Shown here piece by piece: positions 11,687 to 27,076 of a stretch of DNA of 64,000 nt. Numbering within the stretch: the first letter of the stretch is position 1; each line of letters opens with the position of its first letter. The stretch covers positions 24,552,001 through 24,616,000 of the forward strand of contig OZ059900.1 in the NCBI GenBank assembly GCA_964057225.1. Reading direction: 5' to 3'. The DNA comes from Auanema rhodensis (Eukaryota > Animalia > Nematoda). The translations under genes and the position numbers were made by a program. A model generated the notes under the pieces. It had not been told where the DNA came from and searched no databases. It saw only the letters and a program-made list of their open reading frames with translations.

Positions 11687-14600
11687 GTGGAACTAGACGT
11701 TGTACGAACAATTTTGAGCTAGGTTTCATTGACATTGCATGAGTTTGAACACATGAAATCGTAAGTCAAAACCTTGTTTACAGCGAAATTTCCAAAAACT
11801 GGTTTTCCAGCATAATAAAATATTTCTCATGGGAAATACTGTGTTTTTGTATTTTTCTAGTGTTCAGCATGTAAAATGCTTTATTTTAGTATGTAACACG
11901 CTGAAATTCGTTGCATTTGACGACTCATATGAACAAAAATCGATTTAATCAATATTAGCCATAAGGGGCGTGCCCTCAGAATATGCTAATTTCCTTAGTT
12001 TTCTAACCCCTGTTTTTTTGTCGTGAAAGTGGAACTAGACGTTGTACGAACAATTTTGAGCTAGGTTTCATTGACATTGCATGAGTTTGAACACATGAAA
12101 TCGTAAGTCAAAACCTTGTTTACAGCGAAATTTCCAAAAACTGGTTTTCCAGCATAATAAAATATTTCTCATGGGAAATACTGTGTTTTTGTATTTTTCT
12201 AGTGTTCAGCATGTAAAATGCTTCCTTTTAGTATGTAACACGCTGAAATTCGTTGCATTTGACGACTCATATGAACAAAAATCGATTTAATCAATATTAG
12301 CCATAAGGGGCGTGCCCTCAGAATATGCTAATTTCCTTAGTTTTCTAACCCCTGTTTTTTTGTCGTGAAAGTGGAACTAGACGTTGTACGAACAATTTTG
12401 AGCTAGGTTTCATTGACATTGCATGAGTTTGAACACATGAAATCGTAAGTCAAAACCTTGTTTACAGCGAAATTTCCAAAAACTGGTTTTCCAGCATAAT
12501 AAAATATTTCTCATGGGAAATACTGTGTTTTTGTATTTTTCTAGTGTTCAGCATGTAAAATGCTTCATTTTAGTATGTAACACGCTGAAATTCGTTGCAT
12601 TTGACGACTCATATGAACAAAAATCGATTTAATCAATATTAGCCATAAGGGGCGTGCCCTCAGAATATGCTAATTTCCTTAATTTTCTAACCCCTGTTTT
12701 TTTGTCGTGAAAGTGGAACTAGACGTTGTACGAACAATTTTGAGCTATGTTTCATTGACATTGCATGAGTTTGAACACATGAAATCGTAAGTCAAAACCT
12801 TGTTTACAGCGAAATTTCCAAAAACTGGTTTTCCAGCATAATAAAATATTTCTCATGGGAAATACTGTGTTTTTGTATTTTTCTAGTGTTCAGCATGTAA
12901 AATGCTTCATTTTAGTATGTAACACGCTGAAATTCGTTGCATTTGACGACTCATATGAACAAAAATCGATTTAATCAATATTAGCCATAAGGGGCGTGCC
13001 CTCAGAATATGCTAATTTCCTTAATTTTCTAACCCCTGTTTTTTTGTCGTGAAAGTGGAACTAGACGTTGTACGAACAATTTTGAGCTAGGTTTCATTGA
13101 CATTGCATGAGTTTGAACACATGAAATCGTAAGTCAAAACCTTGTTTACAGCGAAATTTCCAAAAACTGGTTTTCCAGCATAATAAAATATTTCTCATGG
13201 GAAATACTGTGTTTTTGTATTTTTCTAGTGTTCAGCATGTAAAATGCTTCATTTTAGTATGTAACACGCTGAAATTCGTTGCATTTGACGACTCTGATGA
13301 ACAAAAATCGATTTAATCAATATTAGCCATAAGGGGCGTGCCCTCAGAATATGCTAATTTCCTTAGTTTTCTAACCCCTGTTTTTTTGTCGTGAAAGTGG
13401 AACTAGACGTTGTACGAACAATTTTGAGCTAGGTTTCATTGACATTGCATGAGTTTGAACACATGAAATCGTAAGTCAAAACCTTGTTTACAGCGAAATT
13501 TCCAAAAACTGGTTTTCCAGCATAATAAAATATTTCTCATGGGAAATACTGTGTTTTTGTATTTTTCTAGTGTTCAGCATGTAAAATGCTTCATTTTAGT
13601 ATGTAACACGCTGAAATTCGTTGCATTTGACGACTCATATGAACAAAAATCGATTTAATCAATATTAGCCATAAGGGGCGTGCCCTCAGAATATGCTAAT
13701 TTCCTTAATTTTCTAACCCCTGTTTTTTTGTCGTGAAAGTGGAACTAGACGTTGTACGAACAATTTTGAGCTAGGTTTCATTGACATTGCATGAGTTTGA
13801 ACACATGAAATCGTAAGTCAAAACCTTGTTTACAGCGAAATTTCCAAAAACTGGTTTTCCAGCATAATAAAATATTTCTCATGGGAAATACTGTGTTTTT
13901 GTATTTTTCTAGTGTTCAGCATGTAAAATGCTTCATTTTAGTATGTAACACGCTGAAAGTCGTTGCATTTGACGACTCATATGAACAAAAATCGATTTAA
14001 TCAATATTAGCCATAAGGGGCGTGCCCTCAGAATATGCTAATTTCCTTAGTTTTCTAACCCCTGTTTTTTTGTCGTGAAAGTGGAACTAGACGTTGTACG
14101 AACAATTTTGAGCTAGGTTTCATTGACATTGCATGAGTTTGAACACATGAAATCGTAAGTCAAAACCTTGTTTACAGCGAAATTTCCAAAAACTGGTTTT
14201 CCAGCATAATAAAATATTTCTCATGGGAAATACTGTGTTTTTGTATTTTTCTAGTGTTCAGCATGTAAAATGCTTCATTTTAGTATGTAACACGCTGAAA
14301 TTCGTTGCATTTGACGAATCATATGAACAAAAATCGATTTAATCAATATTAGCCATAAGGGGCGTGCCCTCAGAATATGCTAATTTCCTTAATTTTCTAA
14401 CCCCTGTTTTTTTGTCGTGAAAGTGGAACTAGACGTTGTACGAACAATTTTGAGCTAGGTTTCATTGACATTGCATGAGTTTGAACACATGAAATCGTAA
14501 GTCAAAACCTTGTTTACAGCGAAATTTCCAAAAACTGGTTTTCCAGCATAATAAAATATTTCTCATGGGAAATACTGTGTTTTTGTATTTTTCTAGTGTT

Positions 14601-15790
14601 CAGCATGTAAAATGCTTCATTTTAGTATGTAACACGCTGAAAGTCGTTGCATTTGACGACTCATATGAACAAAAATCGATTTAATCAATATTAGCCATAA
14701 AGGGCGTGCCCTCAGAATATGCTAATTTCCTTAATTTTCTAACCCCTGTTTTTTTGTCGTGAAAGTGGAACTAGACGTTGTACGAACAATTTTGAGCTAG
14801 GTTTCATTGACATTGCATGAGTTTGAACACATGAAATCGTAAGTCAAAACCTTGTTTACAGCGAAATTTCCAAAAACTGGTTTTCCAGCATAATAAAATA
14901 TTTCTCATGGGAAATACTGTGTTTTTGTATTTTTCTAGTGTTCAGCATGTAAAATGCTTCATTTTAGTATGTAACATGCTGAAATTCGTTGCATTTGACG
15001 ACTCATATGAACAAAAATCGATTTAATCAATATTAGCCATAAAGGGCGTGCCCTCAGAATATGCTAATTTCCTTAATTTTCTAACCCTTGTTTTTTTGTC
15101 GTGAAAGTGGAACTAGACGTTGTACGAACAATTTTGAGCTAGGTTTCATTGACATTGCATGAGTTTGAACACATGAAATCGTAAGTCAAAACCTTGTTTA
15201 CAGCGAAATTTCCAAAAACTGGTTTTCCAGCATAATAAAATATTTCTCATGGGAAATACTGTGTTTCTGTATTTTTCTAGTGTTCAGCATGTAAAATGCT
15301 TCATTTTAGTATGTAACACGCTGAAATTCGTTGCATTTGACGACTCATATGAACAAAAATCGATTTAATCAATATTAGCCATAAGGGGCGTGCCCTCAGA
15401 ATATGCTAATTTCCTTAATTTTCTAACCCCTGTTTTTTTGTCGTGAAAGTGGAACTAGACGTTGTACGAACAATTTTGAGCTAGGTTTCATTGACATTGC
15501 ATGAGTTTGAACACATGAAATCGTAAGTCAAAACCTTGTTTACAGCGAAATTTCCAAAAACTGGTTTTCCAGCATAATAAAATATTTCTCATGGGAAATA
15601 CTGTGTTTCTGTATTTTTCTAGTGTTCAGCATGTAAAATGCTTCATTTTAGTATGTAACACGCTGAAATTCGTTGCATTTGACGACTCATATGAACAAAA
15701 ATCGATTTAATCAATATTAGCCATAAGGGGCGTGCCCTCAGAATATGCTAATTTCCTTAATTTTCTAACCCCTGTTTTTTTGTCGTGAAA

Positions 15791-18700
15791 GTGGAACTAG
15801 ACGTTGTACGAACAATTTTGAGCTAGGTTTCATTGACATTGCATGAGTTTGAACACATGAAATCGTAAGTCAAAACCTTGTTTACAGCGAAATTTCCAAA
15901 AACTGGTTTTCCAGCATAATAAAATATTTCTCATGGGAAATACTGTGTTTTTGTATTTTTCTAGTGTTCAGCATGTAAAATGCTTCATTTTAGTATGTAA
16001 CATGCTGAAATTCGTTGCATTTGACGACTCATATGAACAAAAATCGATTTAATCAATATTAGCCATAAAGGGCGTGCCCTCAGAATATGCTAATTTCCTT
16101 AATTTTCGAACCCTTGTTTTTTTGTCGTGAAAGTGGAACTAGACGTTGTACGAACAATTTTGAGCTAGGTTTCATTGACATTGCATGAGTTTGAACACAT
16201 GAAATCGTAAGTCAAAACCTTGTTTACAGCGAAATTTCCAAAAACTGGTTTTCCAGCATAATAAAATATTTCTCATGGGAAATACTGTGTTTCTGTATTT
16301 TTCTAGTGTTCAGCATGTAAAATGCTTCATTTTAGTATGTAACACGCTGAAATTCGTTGCATTTGACGACTCATATGAACAAAAATCGATTTAATCAATA
16401 TTAGCCATAAGGGGCGTGCCCTCAGAATATGCTAATTTCCTTAATTTTCTAACCCCTGTTTTTTTGTCGTGAAAGTGGAACTAGACGTTGTACGAACAAT
16501 TTTGAGCTAGGTTTCATTGACATTGCATGAGTTTGAACACATGAAATCGTAAGTCAAAACCTTGTTTACAGCGAAATTTCCAAAAACTGGTTTTCCAGCA
16601 TAATAAAATATTTCTCATGGGAAATACTGTGTTTTTGTATTTTTCTAGTGTTCAGCATGTAAAATGCTTCATTTTAGTATGTAACACGCTGAAATTCGTT
16701 GCATTTGACGACTCATATGAACAAAAATCGATTTAATCAATATTAGCCATAAGGGGCGTGCCCTCAGAATATGCTAATTTCCTTAATTTTCTAACCCCTG
16801 TTTTTTTGTCGTGAAAGTGGAACTAGACGTTGTACGAACAATTTTGAGCTAGGTTTCATTGACATTGCATGAGTTTGAACACATGAAATCGTAAGTCAAA
16901 ACCTTGTTTACAGCGAAATTTCCAAAAACTGGTTTTCCAGCATAATAAAATATTTCTCATGGGAAATACTGTGTTTTTGTATTTTTCTAGTGTTCAGCAT
17001 GTAAAATGCTTCATTTTAGTATGTAACACGCTGAAATTCGTTGCATTTGACGACTCATATGAACAAAAATCGATTTAATCAATATTAGCCATAAGGGGCG
17101 TGCCCTCAGAATATGCTAATTTCCTTAATTTTCTAACCCCTGTTTTTTTGTCGTGAAAGTGGAACTAGACGTTGTACGAACAATTTTGAGCTAGGTTTCA
17201 TTGACATTGCATGAGTTTGAACACATGAAATCGTAAGTCAAAACCTTGTTTACAGCGAAATTTCCAAAAACTGGTTTTCCAGCATAATAAAATATTTCTC
17301 ATGGGAAATACTGTGTTTTTGTATTTTTCTAGTGTTCAGCATGTAAAATGCTTCATTTTAGTATGTAACTCGCTGAAATTCGTTGCATTTGACGACTCAT
17401 ATGAACAAAAATCGATTTAATCAATATTAGCCATAAGGGGCGTGCCCTCAGAATATGCTAATTTCCTTAATTTTCTAACCCCTGTTTTTTTGTCGTGAAA
17501 GTGGAACTAGACGTTGTACGAACAATTTTGAGCTAGGTTTCATTGACATTGCATGAGTTTGAACACATGAAATCGTAAGTCAAAACCTTGTTTACAGCGA
17601 AATTTCCAAAAACTGGTTTTCCAGCATAATAAAATATTTCTCATGGGAAATACTGTGTTTTTGTATTTTTCTAGTGTTCAGCATGTAAAATGCTTCATTT
17701 TAGTATGTAACACGCTGAAATTCGTTGCATTTGACGACTCATATGAACAAAAATCGATTTAATCAATATTAGCCATAAGGGGCGTGCCCTCAGAATATGC
17801 TAATTTCCTTAATTTTCTAACCCCTGTTTTTTTGTCGTGAAAGTGGAACTAGACGTTGTACGAACAATTTTGAGCTAGGTTTCATTGACATTGCATGAGT
17901 TTGAACACATGAAATCGTAAGTCAAAACCTTGTTTACAGCGAAATTTCCAAAAACTGGTTTTCCAGCATAATAAAATATTTCTCATGGGAAATACTGTGT
18001 TTTTGTATTTTTCTAGTGTTCAGCATGTAAAATGCTTCATTTTAGTATGTAACACGCTGAAATTCGTTGCATTTGACGACTCATATGAACAAAAATCGAT
18101 TTAATCAATATTAGCCATAAGGGGCGTGCCCTCAGAATATGCTAATTTCCTTAATTTTCTAACCCTTGTTTTTTTGTCGTGAAAGTGGAACTAGACGTTG
18201 TACGAACAATTTTGAGCTAGGTTTCATTGACATTGCATGAGTTTGAACACATGAAATCGTAAGTCAAAACCTTGTTTACAGCGAAATTTCCAAAAACTGG
18301 TTTTCCAGCATAATAAAATATTTCTCATGGGAAATACTGTGTTTTTGTATTTTTCTAGTGTTCAGCATGTAAAATGCTTCATTTTAGTATGTAACATGCT
18401 GAAATTCGTTGCATTTGACGACTCATATGAACAAAAATCGATTTAATCAATATTAGCCATAAGGGGCGTGCCCTCAGAATATGCTAATTTCCTTAATTTT
18501 CTAACCCCTGTTTTTTTGTCGTGAAAGTGGAACTAGACGTTGTACGAACAATTTTGAGCTAGGTTTCATTGACATTGCATGAGTTTGAACACATGAAATC
18601 GTAAGTCAAAACCTTGTTTACAGCGAAATTTCCAAAAACTGGTTTTCCAGCATAATAAAATATTTCTCATGGGAAATACTGTGTTTTTGTATTTTTCTAG

Positions 18701-21700
18701 TGTTCAGCATGTAAAATGCTTCATTTTAGTATGTAACACGCTGAAATTCGTTGCATTTGACGACTCATATGAACAAAAATCGATTTAATCAATATTAGCC
18801 ATAAGGGGCGTGCCCTCAGAATATGCTAATTTCCTTAATTTTCTAACCCCTGTTTTTTTGTCGTGAAAGTGGAACTAGACGTTGTACGAACAATTTTGAG
18901 CTAGGTTTCATTGACATTGCATGAGTTTGAACACATGAAATCGTAAGTCAAAACCTTGTTTACAGCGAAATTTCCAAAAACTGGTTTTCCAGCATAATAA
19001 AATATTTCTCATGGGAAATACTGTGTTTTTGTATTTTTCTAGTGTTCAGCATGTAAAATGCTTCATTTTAGTATGTAACACGCTGAAATTCGTTGCATTT
19101 GACGACTCATATGAACAAAAATCGATTTAATCAATATTAGCCATAAGGGGCGTGCCCTCAGAATATGCTAATTTCCTTAATTTTCTAACCCTTGTTTTTT
19201 TGTCGTGAAAGTGGAACTAGACGTTGTACGAACAATTTTGAGCTAGGTTTCATTGACATTGCATGAGTTTGAACACATGAAATCGTAAGTCAAAACCTTG
19301 TTTACAGCGAAATTTCCAAAAACTGGTTTTCCAGCATAATAAAATATTTCTCATGGGAAATACTGTGTTTTTGTATTTTTCTAGTGTTCAGCATGTAAAA
19401 TGCTTCATTTTAGTATGTAACATGCTGAAATTCGTTGCATTTGACGACTCATATGAACAAAAATCGATTTAATCAATATTAGCCATAAGGGGCGTGCCCT
19501 CAGAATATGCTAATTTCCTTAATTTTCTAACCCCTGTTTTTTTGTCGTGAAAGTGGAACTAGACGTTGTACGAACAATTTTGAGCTAGGTTTCATTGACA
19601 TTCCATGAGTTTGAACACATGAAATCGTAAGTCAAAACCTTGTTTACAGCGAAATTTCCAAAAACTGGTTTTCCAGCATAATAAAATATTTCTCATGGGA
19701 AATACTGTGTTTTTGTATTTTTCTAGTGTTCAGCATGTAAAATGCTTCATTTTAGTATGTAACACGCTGAAATTCGTTGCATTTGACGACTCATATGAAC
19801 AAAAATCGATTTAATCAATATTAGCCATAAGGGGCGTGCCCTCAGAATATGCTAATTTCCTTAATTTTCTAACCCCTGTTTTTTTGTCGTGAAAGTGGAA
19901 CTAGACGTTGTACGAACAATTTTGAGCTAGGTTTCATTGACATTGCATGAGTTTGAACACATGAAATCGTAAGTCAAAACCTTGTTTACAGCGAAATTTC
20001 CAAAAACTGGTTTTCCAGCATAATAAAATATTTCTCATGGGAAATACTGTGTTTTTGTATTTTTCTAGTGTTCAGCATGTAAAATGCTTCATTTTAGTAT
20101 GTAACATGCTGAAATTCGTTGCATTTGACGACTCATATGAACAAAAATCGATTTAATCAATATTAGCCATAAGGGGCGTGCCCTCAGAATATGCTAATTT
20201 CCTTAATTTTCTAACCCCTGTTTTTTTGTCGTGAAAGTGGAACTAGACGTTGTACGAACAATTTTGAGCTAGGTTTCATTGACATTGCATGAGTTTGAAC
20301 ACATGAAATCGTAAGTCAAAACCTTGTTTACAGCGAAATTTCCAAAAACTGGTTTTCCAGCATAATAAAATATTTCTCATGGGAAATACTGTGTTTTTGT
20401 ATTTTTCTAGTGTTCAGCATGTAAAATGCTTCATTTTAGTATGTAACACGCTGAAATTCGTTGCATTTGACGACTCATATGAACAAAAATCGATTTAATC
20501 AATATTAGCCATAAGGGGCGTGCCCTCAGAATATGCTAATTTCCTTAATTTTCTAACCCCTGTTTTTTTGTCGTGAAAGTGGAACTAGACGTTGTACGAA
20601 CAATTTTGAGCTAGGTTTCATTGACATTGCATGAGTTTGAACACATGAAATCGTGAGTCAAAACCTTGTTTACAGCGAAATTTCCAAAAACTGGTTTTCC
20701 AGCATAATAAAATATTTCTCATGGGAAATACTGTGTTTTTGTATTTTTCTAGTGTTCAGCATGTAAAATGCTTCATTTTAGTATGTAACACGCTGAAATT
20801 CGTTGCATTTGACGACTCATATGAACAAAAATCGATTTAATCAATATTAGCCATAAGGGGCGTGCCCTCAGAATATGCTAATTTCCTTAATTTTCTAACC
20901 CTTGTTTTTTTGTCGTGAAAGTGGAACTAGACGTTGTACGAACAATTTTGAGCTAGGTTTCATTGACATTGCATGAGTTTGAACACATGAAATCGTAAGT
21001 CAAAACCTTGTTTACAGCGAAATTTCCAAAAACTGGTTTTCCAGCATAATAAAATATTTCTCATGGGAAATACTGTGTTTTTGTATTTTTCTAGTGTTCA
21101 GCATGTAAAATGCTTCATTTTAGTATGTAACATGCTGAAATTCGTTGCATTTGACGACTCATATGAACAAAAATCGATTTAATCAATATTAGCCATAAGG
21201 GGCGTGCCCTCAGAATATGCTAATTTCCTTAATTTTCTAACCCCTGTTTTTTTGTCGTGAAAGTGGAACTAGACGTTGTACGAACAATTTTGAGCTAGGT
21301 TTCATTGACATTGCATGAGTTTGAACACATGAAATCGTAAGTCAAAACCTTGTTTACAGCGAAATTTCCAAAAACTGGTTTTCCAGCATAATAAAATATT
21401 TCTCATGGGAAATACTGTGTTTTTGTATTTTTCTAGTGTTCAGCATGTAAAATGCTTCATTTTAGTATGTAACATGCTGAAATTCGTTGCATTTGACGAC
21501 TCATATGAACAAAAATCGATTTAATCAATATTAGCCATAAAGGGCGTGCCCTCAGAATATGCTAATTTCCTTAATTTTCTAACCCTTGTTTTTTTGTCGT
21601 GAAAGTGGAACTAGACGTTGTACGAACAATTTTGAGCTAGGTTTCATTGACATTGCATGAGTTTGAACACATGAAATCGTAAGTCAAAACCTTGTTTACA

Positions 21701-24700
21701 GCGAAATTTCCAAAAACTGGTTTTCCAGCATAATAAAATATTTCTCATGGGAAATACTGTGTTTCTGTATTTTTCTAGTGTTCAGCATGTAAAATGCTTC
21801 ATTTTAGTATGTAACACGCTGAAATTCGTTGCATTTGACGACTCATATGAACAAAAATCGATTTAATCAATATTAGCCATAAGGGGCGTGCCCTCAGAAT
21901 ATGCTAATTTCCTTAATTTTCTAACCCCTGTTTTTTTGTCGTGAAAGTGGAACTAGACGTTGTACGAACAATTTTGAGCTAGGTTTCATTGACATTGCAT
22001 GAGTTTGAACACATGAAATCGTAAGTCAAAACCTTGTTTACAGCGAAATTTCCAAAAACTGGTTTTCCAGCATAATAAAATATTTCTCATGGGAAATACT
22101 GTGTTTTTGTATTTTTCTAGTGTTCAGCATGTAAAATGCTTCATTTTAGTATGTAACACGCTGAAATTCGTTGCATTTGACGACTCATATGAACAAAAAT
22201 CGATTTAATCAATATTAGCCATAAGGGGCGTGCCCTCAGAATATGCTAATTTCCTTAATTTTCTAACCCCTGTTTTTTTGTCGTGAAAGTGGAACTAGAC
22301 GTTGTACGAACAATTTTGAGCTAGGTTTCATTGACATTGCATGAGTTTGAACACATGAAATCGTAAGTCAAAACCTTGTTTACAGCGAAATTTCCAAAAA
22401 CTGGTTTTCCAGCATAATAAAATATTTCTCATGGGAAATACTGTGTTTTTGTATTTTTCTAGTGTTCAGCATGTAAAATGCTTCATTTTAGTATGTAACA
22501 CGCTGAAATTCGTTGCATTTGACGACTCATATGAACAAAAATCGATTTAATCAATATTAGCCATAAGGGGCGTGCCCTCAGAATATGCTAATTTCCTTAA
22601 TTTTCTAACCCCTGTTTTTTTGTCGTGAAAGTGGAACTAGACGTTGTACGAACAATTTTGAGCTAGGTTTCATTGACATTGCATGAGTTTGAACACATGA
22701 AATCGTAAGTCAAAACCTTGTTTACAGCGAAATTTCCAAAAACTGGTTTTCCAGCATAATAAAATATTTCTCATGGGAAATACTGTGTTTTTGTATTTTT
22801 CTAGTGTTCAGCATGTAAAATGCTTCATTTTAGTATGTAACTCGCTGAAATTCGTTGCATTTGACGACTCATATGAACAAAAATCGATTTAATCAATATT
22901 AGCCATAAGGGGCGTGCCCTCAGAATATGCTAATTTCCTTAATTTTCTAACCCCTGTTTTTTTGTCGTGAAAGTGGAACTAGACGTTGTACGAACAATTT
23001 TGAGCTAGGTTTCATTGACATTGCATGAGTTTGAACACATGAAATCGTAAGTCAAAACCTTGTTTACAGCGAAATTTCCAAAAACTGGTTTTCCAGCATA
23101 ATAAAATATTTCTCATGGGAAATACTGTGTTTTTGTATTTTTCTAGTGTTCAGCATGTAAAATGCTTCATTTTAGTATGTAACATGCTGAAATTCGTTGC
23201 ATTTGACGACTCATATGAACAAAAATCGATTTAATCAATATTAGCCATAAGGGGCGTGCCCTCAGAATATGCTAATTTCCTTAATTTTCTAACCCCTGTT
23301 TTTTTGTCGTGAAAGTGGAACTAGACGTTGTACGAACAATTTTGAGCTAGGTTTCATTGACATTGCATGAGTTTGAACACATGAAATCGTAAGTCAAAAC
23401 CTTGTTTACAGCGAAATTTCCAAAAACTGGTTTTCCAGCATAATAAAATATTTCTCATGGGAAATACTGTGTTTTTGTATTTTTCTAGTGTTCAGCATGT
23501 AAAATGCTTCATTTTAGTATGTAACACGCTGAAATTCGTTGCATTTGACGACTCATATGAACAAAAATCGATTTAATCAATATTAGCCATAAGGGGCGTG
23601 CCCTCAGAATATGCTAATTTCCTTAATTTTCTAACCCCTGTTTTTTTGTCGTGAAAGTGGAACTAGACGTTGTACGAACAATTTTGAGCTAGGTTTCATT
23701 GACATTGCATGAGTTTGAACACATGAAATCGTAAGTCAAAACCTTGTTTACAGCGAAATTTCCAAAAACTGGTTTTCCAGCATAATAAAATATTTCTCAT
23801 GGGAAATACTGTGTTTTTGTATTTTTCTAGTGTTCAGCATGTAAAATGCTTCATTTTAGTATGTAACACGCTGAAATTCGTTGCATTTGACGACTCATAT
23901 GAACAAAAATCGATTTAATCAATATTAGCCATAAGGGGCGTGCCCTCAGAATATGCTAATTTCCTTAATTTTCTAACCCTTGTTTTTTTGTCGTGAAAGT
24001 GGAACTAGACGTTGTACGAACAATTTTGAGCTAGGTTTCATTGACATTGCATGAGTTTGAACACATGAAATCGTAAGTCAAAACCTTGTTTACAGCGAAA
24101 TTTCCAAAAACTGGTTTTCCAGCATAATAAAATATTTCTCATGGGAAATACTGTGTTTTTGTATTTTTCTAGTGTTCAGCATGTAAAATGCTTCATTTTA
24201 GTATGTAACATGCTGAAATTCGTTGCATTTGACGACTCATATGAACAAAAATCGATTTAATCAATATTAGCCATAAGGGGCGTGCCCTCAGAATATGCTA
24301 ATTTCCTTAATTTTCTAACCCCTGTTTTTTTGTCGTGAAAGTGGAACTAGACGTTGTACGAACAATTTTGAGCTAGGTTTCATTGACATTGCATGAGTTT
24401 GAACACATGAAATCGTAAGTCAAAACCTTGTTTACAGCGAAATTTCCAAAAACTGGTTTTCCAGCATAATAAAATATTTCTCATGGGAAATACTGTGTTT
24501 TTGTATTTTTCTAGTGTTCAGCATGTAAAATGCTTCATTTTAGTATGTAACACGCTGAAATTCGTTGCATTTGACGACTCATATGAACAAAAATCGATTT
24601 AATCAATATTAGCCATAAGGGGCGTGCCCTCAGAATATGCTAATTTCCTTAATTTTCTAACCCCTGTTTTTTTGTCGTGAAAGTGGAACTAGACGTTGTA

Positions 24701-27076
24701 CGAACAATTTTGAGCTAGGTTTCATTGACATTGCATGAGTTTGAACACATGAAATCGTAAGTCAAAACCTTGTTTACAGCGAAATTTCCAAAAACTGGTT
24801 TTCCAGCATAATAAAATATTTCTCATGGGAAATACTGTGTTTTTGTATTTTTCTAGTGTTCAGCATGTAAAATGCTTCATTTTAGTATGTAACACGCTGA
24901 AATTCGTTGCATTTGACGACTCATATGAACAAAAATCGATTTAATCAATATTAGCCATAAGGGGCGTGCCCTCAGAATATGCTAATTTCCTTAATTTTCT
25001 AACCCTTGTTTTTTTGTCGTGAAAGTGGAACTAGACGTTGTACGAACAATTTTGAGCTAGGTTTCATTGACATTGCATGAGTTTGAACACATGAAATCGT
25101 AAGTCAAAACCTTGTTTACAGCGAAATTTCCAAAAACTGGTTTTCCAGCATAATAAAATATTTCTCATGGGAAATACTGTGTTTTTGTATTTTTCTAGTG
25201 TTCAGCATGTAAAATGCTTCATTTTAGTATGTAACATGCTGAAATTCGTTGCATTTGACGACTCATATGAACAAAAATCGATTTAATCAATATTAGCCAT
25301 AAGGGGCGTGCCCTCAGAATATGCTAATTTCCTTAATTTTCTAACCCCTGTTTTTTTGTCGTGAAAGTGGAACTAGACGTTGTACGAACAATTTTGAGCT
25401 AGGTTTCATTGACATTCCATGAGTTTGAACACATGAAATCGTAAGTCAAAACCTTGTTTACAGCGAAATTTCCAAAAACTGGTTTTCCAGCATAATAAAA
25501 TATTTCTCATGGGAAATACTGTGTTTTTGTATTTTTCTAGTGTTCAGCATGTAAAATGCTTCATTTTAGTATGTAACACGCTGAAATTCGTTGCATTTGA
25601 CGACTCATATGAACAAAAATCGATTTAATCAATATTAGCCATAAGGGGCGTGCCCTCAGAATATGCTAATTTCCTTAATTTTCTAACCCCTGTTTTTTTG
25701 TCGTGAAAGTGGAACTAGACGTTGTACGAACAATTTTGAGCTAGGTTTCATTGACATTGCATGAGTTTGAACACATGAAATCGTAAGTCAAAACCTTGTT
25801 TACAGCGAAATTTCCAAAAACTGGTTTTCCAGCATAATAAAATATTTCTCATGGGAAATACTGTGTTTTTGTATTTTTCTAGTGTTCAGCATGTAAAATG
25901 CTTCATTTTAGTATGTAACATGCTGAAATTCGTTGCATTTGACGACTCATATGAACAAAAATCGATTTAATCAATATTAGCCATAAGGGGCGTGCCCTCA
26001 GAATATGCTAATTTCCTTAATTTTCTAACCCCTGTTTTTTTGTCGTGAAAGTGGAACTAGACGTTGTACGAACAATTTTGAGCTAGGTTTCATTGACATT
26101 GCATGAGTTTGAACACATGAAATCGTAAGTCAAAACCTTGTTTACAGCGAAATTTCCAAAAACTGGTTTTCCAGCATAATAAAATATTTCTCATGGGAAA
26201 TACTGTGTTTTTGTATTTTTCTAGTGTTCAGCATGTAAAATGCTTCATTTTAGTATGTAACACGCTGAAATTCGTTGCAATTGACGACTCATATGAACAA
26301 AAATCGATTTAATCAATATTAGCCATAAGGGGCGTGCCCTCAGAATATGCTAATTTCCTTAATTTTCTAACCCCTGTTTTTTTGTCGTGAAAGTGGAACT
26401 AGACGTTGTACGAACAATTTTGAGCTAGGTTTCATTGACATTGCATGAGTTTGAACACATGAAATCGTAAGTCAAAACCTTGTTTACAGCGAAATTTCCA
26501 AAAACTGGTTTTCCAGCATAATAAAATATTTCTCATGGGAAATACTGTGTTTTTGTATTTTTCTAGTGTTCAGCATGTAAAATGCTTCATTTTAGTATGT
26601 AACACGCTGAAATTCGTTGCATTTGACGACTCATATGAACAAAAATCGATTTAATCAATATTAGCCATAAGGGGCGTGCCCTCAGAATATGCTAATTTCC
26701 TTAATTTTCTAACCCTTGTTTTTTTGTCGTGAAAGTGGAACTAGACGTTGTACGAACAATTTTGAGCTAGGTTTCATTGACATTGCATGAGTTTGAACAC
26801 ATGAAATCGTAAGTCAAAACCTTGTTTACAGCGAAATTTCCAAAAACTGGTTTTCCAGCATAATAAAATATTTCTCATGGGAAATACTGTGTTTTTGTAT
26901 TTTTCTAGTGTTCAGCATGTAAAATGCTTCATTTTAGTATGTAACATGCTGAAATTCGTTGCATTTGACGACTCATATGAACAAAAATCGATTTAATCAA
27001 TATTAGCCATAAGGGGCGTGCCCTCAGAATATGCTAATTTCCTTAATTTTCTAACCCCTGTTTTTTTGTCGTGAAA
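15791..27076. repeat. Higher-order duplication: 16-monomer copy (15791-21262) + 17-monomer copy (21263-27076)
   Basis: Both copies carry the same ordered markers (C213T+G279A+C324T, T161C, A212T, G51C, C324T/C213T pairs). The second copy has one extra C213T monomer at 22973-23314. Confidence 0.8.
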
